DNA of 63,479 nt, the filler included, from Asterionella formosa (Eukaryota), in the NCBI GenBank assembly GCA_002256025.1. It is 9 parts of 9 records of this genome, joined end to end, with 100 filler letters (N's around TTAATTAATTAA, not from the genome) between each part and the next. Parts side by side here need not be neighbours in the genome. Positions count along the whole stretch, not along the records: positions 18,730 to 37,293 come from NKIB01003989.1; 8 more parts are not named here. One strand, written 5' to 3'. The translations under genes were made by a program, and so were the position numbers. This document shows, in pieces, positions 25,009 through 36,580 of the stretch; position 1 is the stretch's first letter; the number at the start of each line of letters is the position of its first letter. Below the pieces are notes generated by a model. The model was given only the letters and a program-made list of their open reading frames with translations. It had not been told where the DNA came from and did no database searches.

Positions 25009-26862
25009 CTACCCATTGGCCTTGTGTTTCGGTTCAAATTGAAACCCATCAGGGACTTTGCCCAGCAACATTTCAGATAGTTTAATCCAATCTGTTGCAT
25101 TCTTTGACATCATCAAGGTTTCCAAGTCACTTCGTCCATAAAGATGAACCGGAGCCCGGTGATTCATTTGCTGTGGTAAGACTTCCAACAATCCAACGGG
25201 AACATAACGATATAAGAATGAAATCCATTCCAGCAAGAAACGCCTGGTCTTGTTAATACCCATATTGTCTGATCCCCAATGCTCCAATCCAAACTTGACA
25301 AATTCCTTTAGCATATCCAAACGTTCGGTTGCGGAAATGTCCCAGTGCCTTCGTTCTTTGATTTCTGCCGGCAACCATGGTTTAATCAACGCTCCACGGG
25401 CCAACATAGCACAGGGCAACACGCTTGGACACTTGGCAAGCTTTTCTTCATAGTCAGTAAACGAAAAGATATCACCATTTCCAATGATAGGAATATCCGT
25501 CTTACCACTTTTAGCTACTTGTTCAATGTAGTCCCAATTGGCTAACTTTTGGTAACGTTGCAACCGGGATCGTCCATGGATCATAATGGCAGATATCCCA
25601 CCAACGTCCCACTCGCCAATCTTGGTCACTAACTCTCGAGCAAAGGGTTTCCCTTCGTCCCATCCTGTCCTCATTTTAATTGTGATGGGGACGTTGAGTG
25701 TATTGACAATACCAATCACACTTTCTTTCAGGCGTTTCTCCCGCATCATTAGGCCAGCACCAGCTCCCTTGTTGCACAACATATCCAGTGGACATCCCAT
25801 ATTTAAATCAACAAAGTCCACTGTAACATGTTGATTTAATAGTTGAGCCACTTTTGTAAATTGATCAGGATAACCCCCTGCCAATTGAATACCAAAGACA
25901 TCTTCCGATGCATGTCGTTTCAATAGAGCCCATTCTTGCGCCTTTCCTTCCAGCAACTGTGTGGCAACGGCCATCTCTCCACATGTGATATCAGCCCCAT
26001 ATTGTTTCATAATACGACGAAAGGGCAAATTTCCCACTGTAGTAAGTGGGGCAACATATACCTTGTTGGAAAAGTCCACAAGTTTGCGTTCCTTGGAGGG
26101 TAGGGGGGTGGTGTAATCTTCTTTTGGATGGGCAGCGTCGTCACTCCTTGTGTCCTGTGCTCGTCGCTGTTGCTGATTCTGAAAAGGGAATTTCTTCTTG
26201 CGAAGTGTGGTTTGCAGTTCTTTCGATAAGGAATTGGTAACCATGGATCGTTCCAGCAGTTCCTGTGGAATGACTTGTCGTAAATTTTCACCAGTTGCCA
26301 TGTTGCAATGAGACGCACCAAGTCGGCACATGAGCCCAAACTCACAATAGCCATAATGGTTGTACCTGGGACACCCTCCCTCCACCTCTTGAATATCCTC
26401 TGGTCGAGAATTCAATAATTCCTTGATATCATGAGAAAAGCGACACGTTTCGGCTCCAAATTTGCATTCCTCACCACGCAAAATGGCCAAACAAGCCTTG
26501 GCAGAGTCGGGTATTTGTACATCGCGTGGACGTTTTTTGTTCATGCCACGTTGTTGTTGATGCTTGTCTTCGTTATTGCTGTCTGTTAAAGTATCAGGAG
26601 AGAGGGAGGGATGACGTTCTTGGAGGATGTATTCTGGCTTTACTTTGAGTGAGTAGGAATCATTTTGGAACTGTATGTGCGACGTTGTGGTTTTCGTCAC
26701 CGTCGTCGCGTCGTCGTTGACATTATTGAGATGATCACTTTGGACTTTGGACTTCTCCACCAAGACTAACTCAGAGGCAATAGCGGTATCTTCGTCGTCG
26801 TCGTCAGCAGCAGCAGCAGCAATAGCAACAGGACTGCTGGTAACATCAGCAGTTGTCGACAT
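25009..26862 (-). CDS. DUS3: tRNA-dihydrouridine(47) synthase
   Basis: CCCH zinc fingers; APLTTVGNLPFRR, ADITCGEMA, DLNMGCP, HGRSRLQRY, GNGDIFS, ARGALIKPW, GLEHWGSD, RYVPVGLLE, FEPKHKAN. Confidence 0.95.
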   Translation of the reverse strand: MSTTADVTSSPVAIAAAAADDDDEDTAIASELVLVEKSKVQSDHLNNVNDDATTVTKTTTSHIQFQNDSYSLKVKPEYILQERHPSLSPDTLTDSNNEDKHQQQRGMNKKRPRDVQIPDSAKACLAILRGEECKFGAETCRFSHDIKELLNSRPEDIQEVEGGCPRYNHYGYCEFGLMCRLGASHCNMATGENLRQVIPQELLERSMVTNSLSKELQTTLRKKKFPFQNQQQRRAQDTRSDDAAHPKEDYTTPLPSKERKLVDFSNKVYVAPLTTVGNLPFRRIMKQYGADITCGEMAVATQLLEGKAQEWALLKRHASEDVFGIQLAGGYPDQFTKVAQLLNQHVTVDFVDLNMGCPLDMLCNKGAGAGLMMREKRLKESVIGIVNTLNVPITIKMRTGWDEGKPFARELVTKIGEWDVGGISAIMIHGRSRLQRYQKLANWDYIEQVAKSGKTDIPIIGNGDIFSFTDYEEKLAKCPSVLPCAMLARGALIKPWLPAEIKERRHWDISATERLDMLKEFVKFGLEHWGSDNMGINKTRRFLLEWISFLYRYVPVGLLEVLPQQMNHRAPVHLYGRSDLETLMMSKNATDWIKLSEMLLGKVPDGFQFEPKHKANG

Positions 26863-28043
26863 GGTGAATCATGCGATAAAAAATAAGTGGCAGCAAAATT
26901 ATGATATTTCCACAAGATATTATGTATCAAAATATATGAATATATATATTCATAGATCGAGACACAATCTATGTATAAAAAATATTCATAATTTACGTGG
27001 CTGGGATGATAGCCCGAGTAGCCATCGTAGCCTCTACTATAAATCTTTTTAGTCTAAATACCAGTAGTGTAGAACATGACTTATATCCATATACATATAA
27101 CCCTTAGGATGCAAAATGGAGCAGACGCACCAACAAATAATTGAAGACATCGACATGGCAGTTCTGCCATTGGTGTTCCTGCCCAACGAGCGAGCACCTT
27201 TGGCATTTTAGACACGAAAACATCTGGTCCTTCCCTGGCCACCTCATAGAGGGACTAGTATCCAAACCTGCTACTAATAGAATAGCAATAAGGTGCTAAA
27301 TAAATAAAGAAATACATACTAGTATACTAGTACCCAAAGAAGTCATAGTTTTTGCATTTAGTTGCTAGAACTTACTTACTAGATCTAACTTCTTGCCTTT
27401 CTTGAGAAAAGTAAAAACAGAATCAACCATCCCACAATGCAATTATAATGTTTATTATATGAACTCTTCTGTGCTTTTAGTATTTGCATCTGGTGATGGT
27501 GGATCCATAAACACAAAACAATTATTGAAACTTTTACCCTACTATCAGCATTTACTACACCAATGTAGTGTAGTAAATTTTCCATCTGCTTTTTTTGTTT
27601 TGTATTAGTAATGTCATTTTTGATCTATAATATCGACTACATGGAGTGACCTAATGGGGATGGCAATAGTAAGTACTGGTATAGACCATTGAGAATTTTT
27701 TTATATTATTGACATTATATGTTGGTCGGCAAAATGCTCAATAGATCTGTATATATACCGGTATTTAAATGAAGTATAACGGTACATTCTACCAGGTACA
27801 TAGTACAAAATTGTCCTTCTCTGAGTCGACGAGGGCGAGTCCGAATAAAAAAATTATGTCGGCAGTGCTTGATGGCTGGCTGGCATGTATCACACCGTGA
27901 TACATTTCCGGGGGTATCGTACTAATCATACGAATCGTCAGTTGTCACAGATGATCCATGATGTTATTTGAAAAAATCTCCCACAAACGAAAAATTATTG
28001 CTGTGACAAACATATATACATATTTCAAGTCGTACAATCAGAA

Positions 28044-29228
28044 ATGATGAACAATAGAATGACTTCGACTTCGACTTGTGAGAAAGTAGGTGCAGCAACA
28101 GCAACAGCACCCCCAATTCAATGGCTTGTGTTTTACAGCAAAGCAGCTGGACGAGAATACTATTACGAACCAAACTCAAAGATCGTTACTTGGATCCTTC
28201 CTGATGATGCTCATCCTAATGGAATGCCAACAAATGCAACAACTGCAACAAAACAGCAATCATCAGCACGCATGGAGCGACGCAGTGTGAGTTTTCATGA
28301 ATCTGTCAATGAATCATTGACAACAAGGGATGACGGAATTGTGAAGAAGGAACAACGCAATCAGAATCAACAACAAATATCATCATCATCGCCGTCACCA
28401 TCGGTGACCAGAAGAAAAGACTGGAATATGTTTGTCATGATATTGTCATTTTCTGCAGTGGTCGGAATCTACTTTCTTTGGAGTGTTGTAGGCACTAGTT
28501 TTCAGAGTGTCATGCCTCTTGCCATTTCAGAGACGGGTGCCAAAACATTTGTCGACACAACAAGCCATAAGGAGGAACAAGAAAAATCAGATATTAGTGT
28601 GATAATAAAAGAGAAGGAAATTGAAACTGTTTCTGAGGAACAAGAAGAAGTAGAGAATGATGGGCTGATAAATGGGACGAAAGATGACTCGATTGAAGAT
28701 GAATCATTTGGAACTGAAACTGTGAATTCGCCTTTTTCGTTTGTCACCAGCACGATACATGATGATCAGATCAGAGTTGACACAAGGCCGTCTTCACCAG
28801 AGGTTATTACTCATCATCGGGATGATTTGGAAATGCAAGCAATACTAATATTAGAGAAAAAACTCCAGGAATCGATGGCACGATACTTGGAGGAACCAAA
28901 AAATGAGCCGAGTACTTTTGAGCAACGTGTGCCACCATTATCAAGTATCATGATTGTCAAGGAGGATTCATTCGAAACTGTACCACTGGAAGATGAGACT
29001 ACTGCCAGCAATATCATGATTGTCAAAGAGGATCCATTCGAAACTGCACTACTGGAGGATGAGACAATTACCAAATATATCCTTGAGGATCACAAGCAAA
29101 ATATTGTCAAAAGCAATAAGGAGTGTCTAATTCCTTTCTCACACGTATTCTCCAAAAAATGCCGTGATCTCGCTAGGCAAGGCCCATTGCTTGACATTGC
29201 CACCTTTCTAGATAATATGATGCAGTAA
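28044..29228 (+). CDS. WW-domain, single-TM protein
   Basis: WW domain QWLVFYSKAAGREYYYEPNSKIVTWILP; TM segment MFVMILSFSAVVGIYFLWSVV; acidic region with a ~21-aa internal duplication (IMIVKED.FET..LEDET); C-terminal C.IPFSH.FSKKC. Confidence 0.75.
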   Translation: MMNNRMTSTSTCEKVGAATATAPPIQWLVFYSKAAGREYYYEPNSKIVTWILPDDAHPNGMPTNATTATKQQSSARMERRSVSFHESVNESLTTRDDGIVKKEQRNQNQQQISSSSPSPSVTRRKDWNMFVMILSFSAVVGIYFLWSVVGTSFQSVMPLAISETGAKTFVDTTSHKEEQEKSDISVIIKEKEIETVSEEQEEVENDGLINGTKDDSIEDESFGTETVNSPFSFVTSTIHDDQIRVDTRPSSPEVITHHRDDLEMQAILILEKKLQESMARYLEEPKNEPSTFEQRVPPLSSIMIVKEDSFETVPLEDETTASNIMIVKEDPFETALLEDETITKYILEDHKQNIVKSNKECLIPFSHVFSKKCRDLARQGPLLDIATFLDNMMQ

Positions 29229-29360
29229 AGCTTAGCATATTATATTTATATAAATATATATATATATTGTAAATTCAATTATAATAATGATAATAATAAT
29301 TATTGAAAATTATTGACAAACATTATATTCAATGATTCTCATGATGGATCATCCTGCCGA

Positions 29361-30980
29361 CTATTTAGTATTCACCAATACAACATCAAACGTACAAAAA
29401 TCAATCTTGTCTCCATCTCTTGCTGTCGTGTTTTTCGCAATCAAGGAAGATTCCCAGGATCCATCTCCCACTTGAATTTGTAGTGAAATAATCACCACAA
29501 TTGTTTCACTTGTTGCAGTCCCATCAGCAACAACTTCAAACCACGCAGTGTCCGCTTGAGTAGCTACCAATTGAGTCTTTCCACTTGTCACAAAGTCCCT
29601 AATGACACTTGGTTCTTGTGTCGATTTAATTCCAAGAAATGAATCTTCAACAGGTTCCAGGGTTGCCATTTTAGTAGGTTCGAATGCGATACAAGGTGTC
29701 GTAGTTCCCGAAATATCAATATCCACGGTCCGCCCTGACAAGGAATCGACTAGTACATTGGCCCATTCTTCATTGTTGGCTACTGCTGTTTCTGCCCTCT
29801 CTGTTGTGCTTGGACCCAAACGCAACTTGACAACACCTAAGGTTGGATTTGTGACCTTGACCAATATAGTAGTAGTAGTTGTTGTTGCTGCAGTATTACC
29901 GGTAGTTGCATTCATGCCTTGAATAGTCTTGACAATGGCCACTTTTGGAATGACATGAATGGCACTAGCATCCTTCTTCCACCATTGTCCATGTCCAGTT
30001 TTCAATGATGAATCTCCCTCCAGTGGATTTAATTTAGGTTTGACAAGTATCCCAGGTCTCTCATTTCTAATTTCCGCCCTACATTTCCTTGACAACCGTG
30101 GTCGAAGGGGCATGGGGAGAGGCAAGAGGCCTGATATATCTGTACTTGCTGTTGCTTGTAGGAGGAGTGTGGTAGTGGTGATGGTAGAAAGCGACTCATC
30201 CATGGTTTGTTCCATAGTTGATTGTACCAGTGTCAATGGTTGCCCGCCTATAATGGTTTGTTTTCTGGCAACCATGTCATGGCGTGTTTTTTGAATAGTG
30301 GCTTCTAATGATTGTAGCGACCATGGTCCGTACAGTTGTCTCTTGTGTTCTGATGAATATGTGTTGGTGGCTGTTGTCTTTGCTTTGCTTTTTTCCTTTT
30401 CCAGTGCCATTTTTTCAAGCGCGTTCAACATGGTATTGTAATGATGGGTCGATTCAGATTCCAATTCAGTTTTCCTTGACTTGAGGAGCAGAATCAATTC
30501 TTCTTGTGCCTTGAGTAATGTCTTGTTTGTTTGGTTCTTGTCATTCAATTCGCCAGTAGTATTGTCATGTCCTGTTAGTATATCATCCATTCCCACAGTC
30601 AATTGACATTCCTTGGACGTCCAGGAGCAGTATCCACATTTGAAAAGAACGGTCGTATTTGTGTTTGCATCAGTACTTGAATTTGAATGTTCCATAGCAA
30701 CGCTTGCCACTGATTGACATAATGGGCATTTATGACAGGTAGTACAGAATGGATAGGAGGCAGCAGTCGCGGCATCGTGGAAGAGCAGACATTGAGGACA
30801 ATATGCCGAGTCTACCAGTGTAGTTGTGGTTGGTGGATGCTTGCCTGACAAGGACGACAAGCAACGAGACGCTGTGGCGTGGAAGCACTGCGAGAGTGGA
30901 GCCAAGTGACCCGCATGGTCATAGTACAAGACGAACGAGTCGGAGGAAGAAGTGTTAGTAGTAGTAGTTGTTGTTGTCAT
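29361..30980 (-). CDS. DCTN4: Dynactin subunit 4 (p62)
   Basis: Cys motifs YCPQCL, CxxCxxCPLC, CGYCSWTS; LPLPMPLRPRLSRKCR..ILVKP; VTNP. Start placed at ATG 30980; the ORF-track start at 31091 is not an ATG. Confidence 0.8.
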   Translation of the reverse strand: MTTTTTTTNTSSSDSFVLYYDHAGHLAPLSQCFHATASRCLSSLSGKHPPTTTTLVDSAYCPQCLLFHDAATAASYPFCTTCHKCPLCQSVASVAMEHSNSSTDANTNTTVLFKCGYCSWTSKECQLTVGMDDILTGHDNTTGELNDKNQTNKTLLKAQEELILLLKSRKTELESESTHHYNTMLNALEKMALEKEKSKAKTTATNTYSSEHKRQLYGPWSLQSLEATIQKTRHDMVARKQTIIGGQPLTLVQSTMEQTMDESLSTITTTTLLLQATASTDISGLLPLPMPLRPRLSRKCRAEIRNERPGILVKPKLNPLEGDSSLKTGHGQWWKKDASAIHVIPKVAIVKTIQGMNATTGNTAATTTTTTILVKVTNPTLGVVKLRLGPSTTERAETAVANNEEWANVLVDSLSGRTVDIDISGTTTPCIAFEPTKMATLEPVEDSFLGIKSTQEPSVIRDFVTSGKTQLVATQADTAWFEVVADGTATSETIVVIISLQIQVGDGSWESSLIAKNTTARDGDKIDFCTFDVVLVNTK

Positions 30981-31358
30981 GTGGAACAGAAGAGTGGGTG
31001 TTGGATAGTTTGTGAATTGATTGCTGGTGCTGTACCGCCGCCGGGAAGCAATTGAGGAATGCGTTGTTGTTTTTATATCATAAGTTAACATTTAGAATCC
31101 ATGCTAAATGATTTTTGTGCTAATAAAAATAGCACGTAGTATATATATAAAAAATATGTATTTGTATTCCGGTATAGATATTTATTATGATTCATCAGCC
31201 ATGACATTTTCAATTTCAATTTTGTTGTTACTAACAACCACTATTTATTTTCATTAGCTACGGTACTGCGCAGTACTGTAGGGCCGAAGTCAAAGTCATC
31301 AAATGGAAGTGCTTCATCTTCCACCACAGCAACAACAGCAACATCAATTCTATTTATC

Positions 31359-32234
31359 ATGCCCGCAACAGATTTTAGAAAAGGCTTAAGCAATAGTATG
31401 GTGGGTGGTGGTGCCGTTGGAGGACGACAGCAGTTGCAAGTAGCCATGAAACGTTCTTCACCAACCAGCAGCATTAACAACATTAACAACAGCAACATTA
31501 ACCATTCAGCAGCAGCAGCAGATAATTTTCAACTCAAACAAGCAATGTCCATCTTCAATGAAGATACTATGACGGAAGCTTGTGCTCTTTTGCTTCAAGA
31601 TGATAATGATCATGATCATGATAACCAAGACGACAACTACAACAAATTGGTAGCCATTCTTGGGAAATGTCAACAAGCATATTCCATCATTCAACCTCAT
31701 GTGACTACTTCAACTACAACTACTCATCCTTCCATGATGCCATTTCTAATGTTACAATCTTCCAAACATGATGACACCTCATCATCCGTACAACCAGCAC
31801 CAGCACCATTGCTACCACTTCGTCGAACACAAATGATGATGAGAACTGGTACTGATCGACGAACAATGGCCATTGCCCATCCAACACCAGTGACTCATCG
31901 ACAAGAAAGTGACGAACAGATGATGATGATGGATAATACGACAACTACCACTACCTCTAGTTCATTCATTCAAAAGAAGCCACGGTTAGGCTTACCGGCA
32001 GTAGTCATGGACAAATCATTCAATCCTCCACCAGAAGCATTGTCATTTCTACAAGCATTGAATTCACAAACAACAACCACCAAAATGGCACCAACCGAGG
32101 AGTCTACAACTGGAAGGGGACCATTACCCTTGAATCATTCGACAACAACCCCAACCAGTACGAAACGGCCCATCCTTCGAGGAGCCATCATGAAGCAACC
32201 TAAGAAAAGTGGTACAATTAGGAAAAAATCATGA
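31359..32234 (+). CDS. Hypothetical low-complexity protein, 291 aa
   Basis: ATG-initiated open frame, divergent from DCTN4. Thr/Asn/Met-rich with a basic C-terminus (KKPR, KQPKK). Confidence 0.6.
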   Translation: MPATDFRKGLSNSMVGGGAVGGRQQLQVAMKRSSPTSSINNINNSNINHSAAAADNFQLKQAMSIFNEDTMTEACALLLQDDNDHDHDNQDDNYNKLVAILGKCQQAYSIIQPHVTTSTTTTHPSMMPFLMLQSSKHDDTSSSVQPAPAPLLPLRRTQMMMRTGTDRRTMAIAHPTPVTHRQESDEQMMMMDNTTTTTTSSSFIQKKPRLGLPAVVMDKSFNPPPEALSFLQALNSQTTTTKMAPTEESTTGRGPLPLNHSTTTPTSTKRPILRGAIMKQPKKSGTIRKKS

Positions 32235-32270
32235 GTAACATGCTGTACTATTCATTTACTCCTATTATTT

Positions 32271-32780
32271 TTACTTGTTCTCCTTCAACAACTGATCAAG
32301 TCTTCCGGTTTTGGCAGCACTTTGAGTATCATCGTTTCCACCCAAATGCGTCCCTTTAATAAATACATTCGGAACAGTTCGTTGTCCTGTCATGTCCAAA
32401 AGGGCAGCTTGAATGTCAACACCATTCTCGACATTGTCCAACTCAAGGGCACAATACTCCAGTCCTAGGGATTGGAACAATTCCTTGGTCTTGGTACAAT
32501 AGGGACAATACGACTTGGAAAAGACCATGATATCATTGGACGCAATCTCAGATTTGATATAGTCACTAGTCGTGCTACTGAATGCCATCATTTGAATCTT
32601 ATTCGCCCCTTTACTTCTACTATTGGCTTGCTGATGGAACCAACGAGGAAGTGTTTTAGACATGGCGACACCACATGCAGTAGAGCGAGTAAAGGCAGCA
32701 GTGGTAGAAATCGTCGAGCTACCAAATAGAAAAGTCATCATGGCAAGGGAGCTGGTGGCGACTTTCATTATTCTTGACAT
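32271..32780 (-). CDS. Dithiol glutaredoxin (CPYC) with N-terminal organellar targeting extension
   Basis: FSKSYCPYC, TGQRTVPNVFI, GGNDD. ~65-aa presequence with a hydrophobic segment ending TAAF. Confidence 0.92.
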   Translation of the reverse strand: MSRIMKVATSSLAMMTFLFGSSTISTTAAFTRSTACGVAMSKTLPRWFHQQANSRSKGANKIQMMAFSSTTSDYIKSEIASNDIMVFSKSYCPYCTKTKELFQSLGLEYCALELDNVENGVDIQAALLDMTGQRTVPNVFIKGTHLGGNDDTQSAAKTGRLDQLLKENK

Positions 32781-33435
32781 GTGACTGAAGTGGAGTCTGA
32801 TATGACGAACGTTCGATCGTTGCTTGGGGAATTATGTGCTTTTCTCTGTTAATTTTATATGTAAATATATTACTTTTATGAAGGTTGACGTTTTCCAAAG
32901 AACACCACAAAAAAGAAGGATTTTTTATTAGAACGATGCTGGCTGTGATGATTGATTCAGCACAGGATTGCTGATGACGATTGTTCCGCATGCTTCAATT
33001 GCGGCTTGCTTCGTTCGTGGCCATGATTGGTGCAGCAGCCAAAAAGTGTTGAATTTCATAGTGGCTTGAGCTTTTTTCACCCACCACGTATGTAATAGAG
33101 TGCTATCTGGTACAGTACATGGTACCTGGTACCCTCGTAGTCTACCCAGTACCTGCGCTTTCAAATGTATACGCACGCACCGCTGGGTGGGTACCAACCA
33201 CACGTCAGAATCTGTCTGTTAGACTGTTGATGTCAACAGGTGTCCGAAGTCTAGATTTAGTCTGGGGAGTGTCTGAATGGAATTTTTCTTTAACGGCATC
33301 GTCGTCGTTTCTGCTTGGGGGGAAAACAGCTACCGGTATGAAATTTAGCTTCATCTTAAGTTTTTGTTCCTCATTTGTGGCAGAGGTTGCAATATCCGTT
33401 GTTCCTAACACACCGTTCAGTCGATCATCCCAGCA

Positions 33436-34521
33436 ATGTATGCTCAACCATCAAACCCCTACGGACCACCAGGCGGTCAGCCGCCGCAACTGGCACAACA
33501 ACAACAGCAGCAGCAGCAGCAGCAGCAACAGCAACAACAACAACCAGGACAGCAGCAAAAACACGATATTTTTGTTGGCAATCTCGCGTTCAATACGACA
33601 GAGGAACAAATCCATCAATCATTTTCCGAGCTTGGACGTGTCGTTAAAGTTCGAATGGTGAATGACTTGGAAACAGGAAAGCCTCGAGGATTTGCCTTTG
33701 TTGAATTTGAAGATCCACAAGCGGCTCTTAGTGCTATTCGGAACATGAACGACTTCGAACTCAATGGAAGGAGAATCAGAGTCAATTTCAGTAACTCCTC
33801 CCATCTAGAAGTCTTGGCTGGGAAGTTGGGAATGGACATGCCTGCACAGGCCATGTCAACATCGGCTCAAACTGCAACCTCCAAACAAACCAGTGCTGGA
33901 ACCAACGCTGTCGCAGATGCCTTGAAATCCATGTCCAAGGGAGAAATGTACGACGTTGTGGAGAAATTGAAAGAAATCGCCGAGCGTGATCCTGATGAAG
34001 CTAGACGCATCTTGGCGGGCCATCCGCAGCTTCCAGAAGCCATTTTGCATTTAATGAGCAAGCTTGATATGATATCCACACCTGCACCCATACAGCATAC
34101 TATTGTGGCAGCTGCTGTACTACCTCCTCCGGCTCCTGCTGCAGATCCTCGTGTTCGCGCCGATCCAAGGGCGGCAGCTGCTGCGGCCGCAGTTACAGTT
34201 GCAGTAGCCCCCCGACATGACCCTCGCTTATTAGCTCCACCTCCCCAGGATCCTCGGGCTGCTGCTCGTGACCCACGTGCGGCAGCACGTTTACAGCAAG
34301 CTCCTCCGCCACCTCCACCACCTCCGCAGCAGCAACAATATCAGCAACAGCCACCAACCTATGGAGTGCCTCCCCCACCACAGCAACCATCAGCTACGAA
34401 TTTAGATCCGAATCTTGTTCAGCAAGTCATGTCATTGACACCACAGCAAATTGCCCAATTGCCACCAGATAAGCAGCAAAGCATCTTGGCTATTCGCCAA
34501 CAAATTACTGGGGGGAGGTAA
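33436..34521 (+). CDS. CSTF2: Cleavage stimulation factor 64-kDa subunit (CstF-64/Rna15)
   Basis: RRM (IFVGNL; KPRGFAFVEF; AIRNMNDFELNGRRIRV); hinge (PDEARRILAGHPQL); C-terminal QQVMSLTPQQIAQLPPDKQQSILAIRQQ; polyQ and DPR repeats. Confidence 0.92.
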   Translation: MYAQPSNPYGPPGGQPPQLAQQQQQQQQQQQQQQQQPGQQQKHDIFVGNLAFNTTEEQIHQSFSELGRVVKVRMVNDLETGKPRGFAFVEFEDPQAALSAIRNMNDFELNGRRIRVNFSNSSHLEVLAGKLGMDMPAQAMSTSAQTATSKQTSAGTNAVADALKSMSKGEMYDVVEKLKEIAERDPDEARRILAGHPQLPEAILHLMSKLDMISTPAPIQHTIVAAAVLPPPAPAADPRVRADPRAAAAAAAVTVAVAPRHDPRLLAPPPQDPRAAARDPRAAARLQQAPPPPPPPPQQQQYQQQPPTYGVPPPPQQPSATNLDPNLVQQVMSLTPQQIAQLPPDKQQSILAIRQQITGGR

Positions 34522-35684
34522 ATTTAGTGACCAGGGGAAGCAAACAACATTCATCCATCTGCTACTGTATTACTCAGGAATAATACAGGTACAAACTCTA
34601 TAAATGAAACAAGAAAGTCAACAGTTTGTTTTTGCATTGTTTTTTTGGTTTATGTAGCATATTATAGTTGTTATACATACTACTGCACTTGTAAATTTCG
34701 TCCAGCATACTGTACACCATTTTTATGGCTGGTTTGATGGAACCTGATGATCAATATACCAGTAGGATAAAGAGGCCTTACTTAGCAAAAATTAGATTTT
34801 GCATAAAATAATTCAGAGGACAAAATTGATGCAACATTTGTTGAATCTATCTTCTCCTCCTACCAATTCCCTGCTAAAGGTATGTAAAATTGACTTTGTT
34901 GTGACTGATACTGTTGTTGCAGAATGTTGTGTCAAAATTGAAGGCACAGTGTTTAGGAATGTTTGACCACCTTCTTGACAGTGATGAGATTAGCTTCATT
35001 TGTTGTGTCAATGATCACTCATATCCTGATATCTTCTTGTTCATCAAGTGCTTGCTTCCAAATCTTGAAATATGTACTTGTATAGTTTCAAAAAAATTTG
35101 TTGGGCTCTACTGATGTGGAGAATGTTGAGTCACACCAGTGTGGTGCGGAGCGCCCAGGAAGGAGACTCTGGGGAGTTCTCATGGGAGCAGAAGAATGGC
35201 GGGAGAGGGTACCACGTACAGTAGATTAGAAACTAAGTGATGGTAAATAAAATGATTTTAAAATTAAGATCAAAGTAACTAACTATTTTTATCTATTATC
35301 TAATAATACTGACAATCATTTCTAAACAGAAAGTATGATCTGTAATCGATATAGTTTGATTCACATATCGTATACATTTGATCAAATCAAATTGATCATG
35401 TGATAAACGTTTTCATGATATGAGAAAATGAATGATCAAATTATTATGTAATTTGTACCATATGGAAAATGCTGCATGAATCTTGCTAATAGTAGCTTCA
35501 TTGAATCACTGACTTGTAGGCACACAAAAAAGTACATCAGGTTGTGGAAAACAATGACATCCCATGCATTTAATATATTTGAACTATACTTAGCATACAC
35601 ATGATGGGCGGTATAATGAGTGTCGATGAACTATGGAATTGTTCAACTATATATGTAATATATGATACATTTACAAATTTTAGA

Positions 35685-35795
35685 AATGTATGGCTAATAC
35701 ATTTGAAATCATGTTTATCATGCATACCTATAACACATCCTGAAATGAAAGACCACATCAGCCACATGACAAGGAAAACTGAAGTGATGCTCCAA
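35685..35795 (+). repeat. Dispersed ~100-bp repeat; second copy at ~37405-37510
   Basis: atggctaatacatttgaaatcatgttta...cctgaaa.gaaaga.cacatcagccaca is present in both places. Confidence 0.75.
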
Positions 35796-36149
35796 CACAA
35801 TGACATGACACCTTTCTTGAGACTTAGAAGAATTGAAAAAGGAAAAGTGAATGAAATCTGTCTATGGTAACAAGTCAATTGCAACTGTCAGAATGATCAA
35901 TTGATTGGCTTACAATGAATAACTCAAGGCAACCCAAGGCAGCGGCCAAAAGCATCAAAAACATAGACAATCGAAATCACAGATACAAACAATCATTGAA
36001 GGTACTTCCTCCAATTTGGGAATTGTTGGAGGAATTACATCCTTCATCACATCATTGGCCCCCTAAAATTTATCATATTCCCCCGTGTCTATCCAGGCAC
36101 AAGTGCGATTATTAGTTAAGTTTTAATCTACTTAAAATTTTTGATTGAT

Positions 36150-36580
36150 TTCTTTCTACAATCATATGATGTTTCATGCATCCAACTTACAAGTTTTTTT
36201 ACCTATTCGATAAGGCATCAGGGCATTCCAAGCAGCAACCTGATGAATTTCACTCGCTCTCTCGGATTAATAGAAGCTGGTGTGGTGACAAAAATTTCAT
36301 TATCCAATCAACCATTCTTGAACAGGGACCTTGATTTCTCAGCATCTATGACCCACACCTGCAAGCGGCTGGGACAGCCAAAAACAACATCTTCTAGTCA
36401 AGCCTTCTTGTATTGGTCCATTCTGTATGACTCCTGCTGGTGAGCAACATCCATGCCAAAATGATGTTCCTATTAGTTCAAGAAAGACACACCTCGAACA
36501 AGTAGCTTGGTCAGAATTGATTGTTGAACTTGTTTCAAGAGGAGCTAGCACCAAAGGTAACAACAAATGCAAGCTTTGGA
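36150..36580 (+). mobile_element. Decayed IS630/Tc1-related DDE transposase fragment
   Basis: From 36176: MHPTYKFFYLFDKASGHSKQQPD..SRINRSWCG..QSTI, resembling the FDxSxGH..D.L...MN..WGG motif. Later SELIVELVSRGASTKG. Contains stops and frameshifts. Confidence 0.5.

Noticed and set aside
27101..27252. piggyBac-like MITE (CCCT...AGGG ends)
   Set aside because: The inverted match is only 4-5 bp and there is no TTAA on both flanks.
35110..35315. Possible solo LTR (GC-rich patch, TG...CA)
   Set aside because: No matching target-site duplication, PBS or PPT found.
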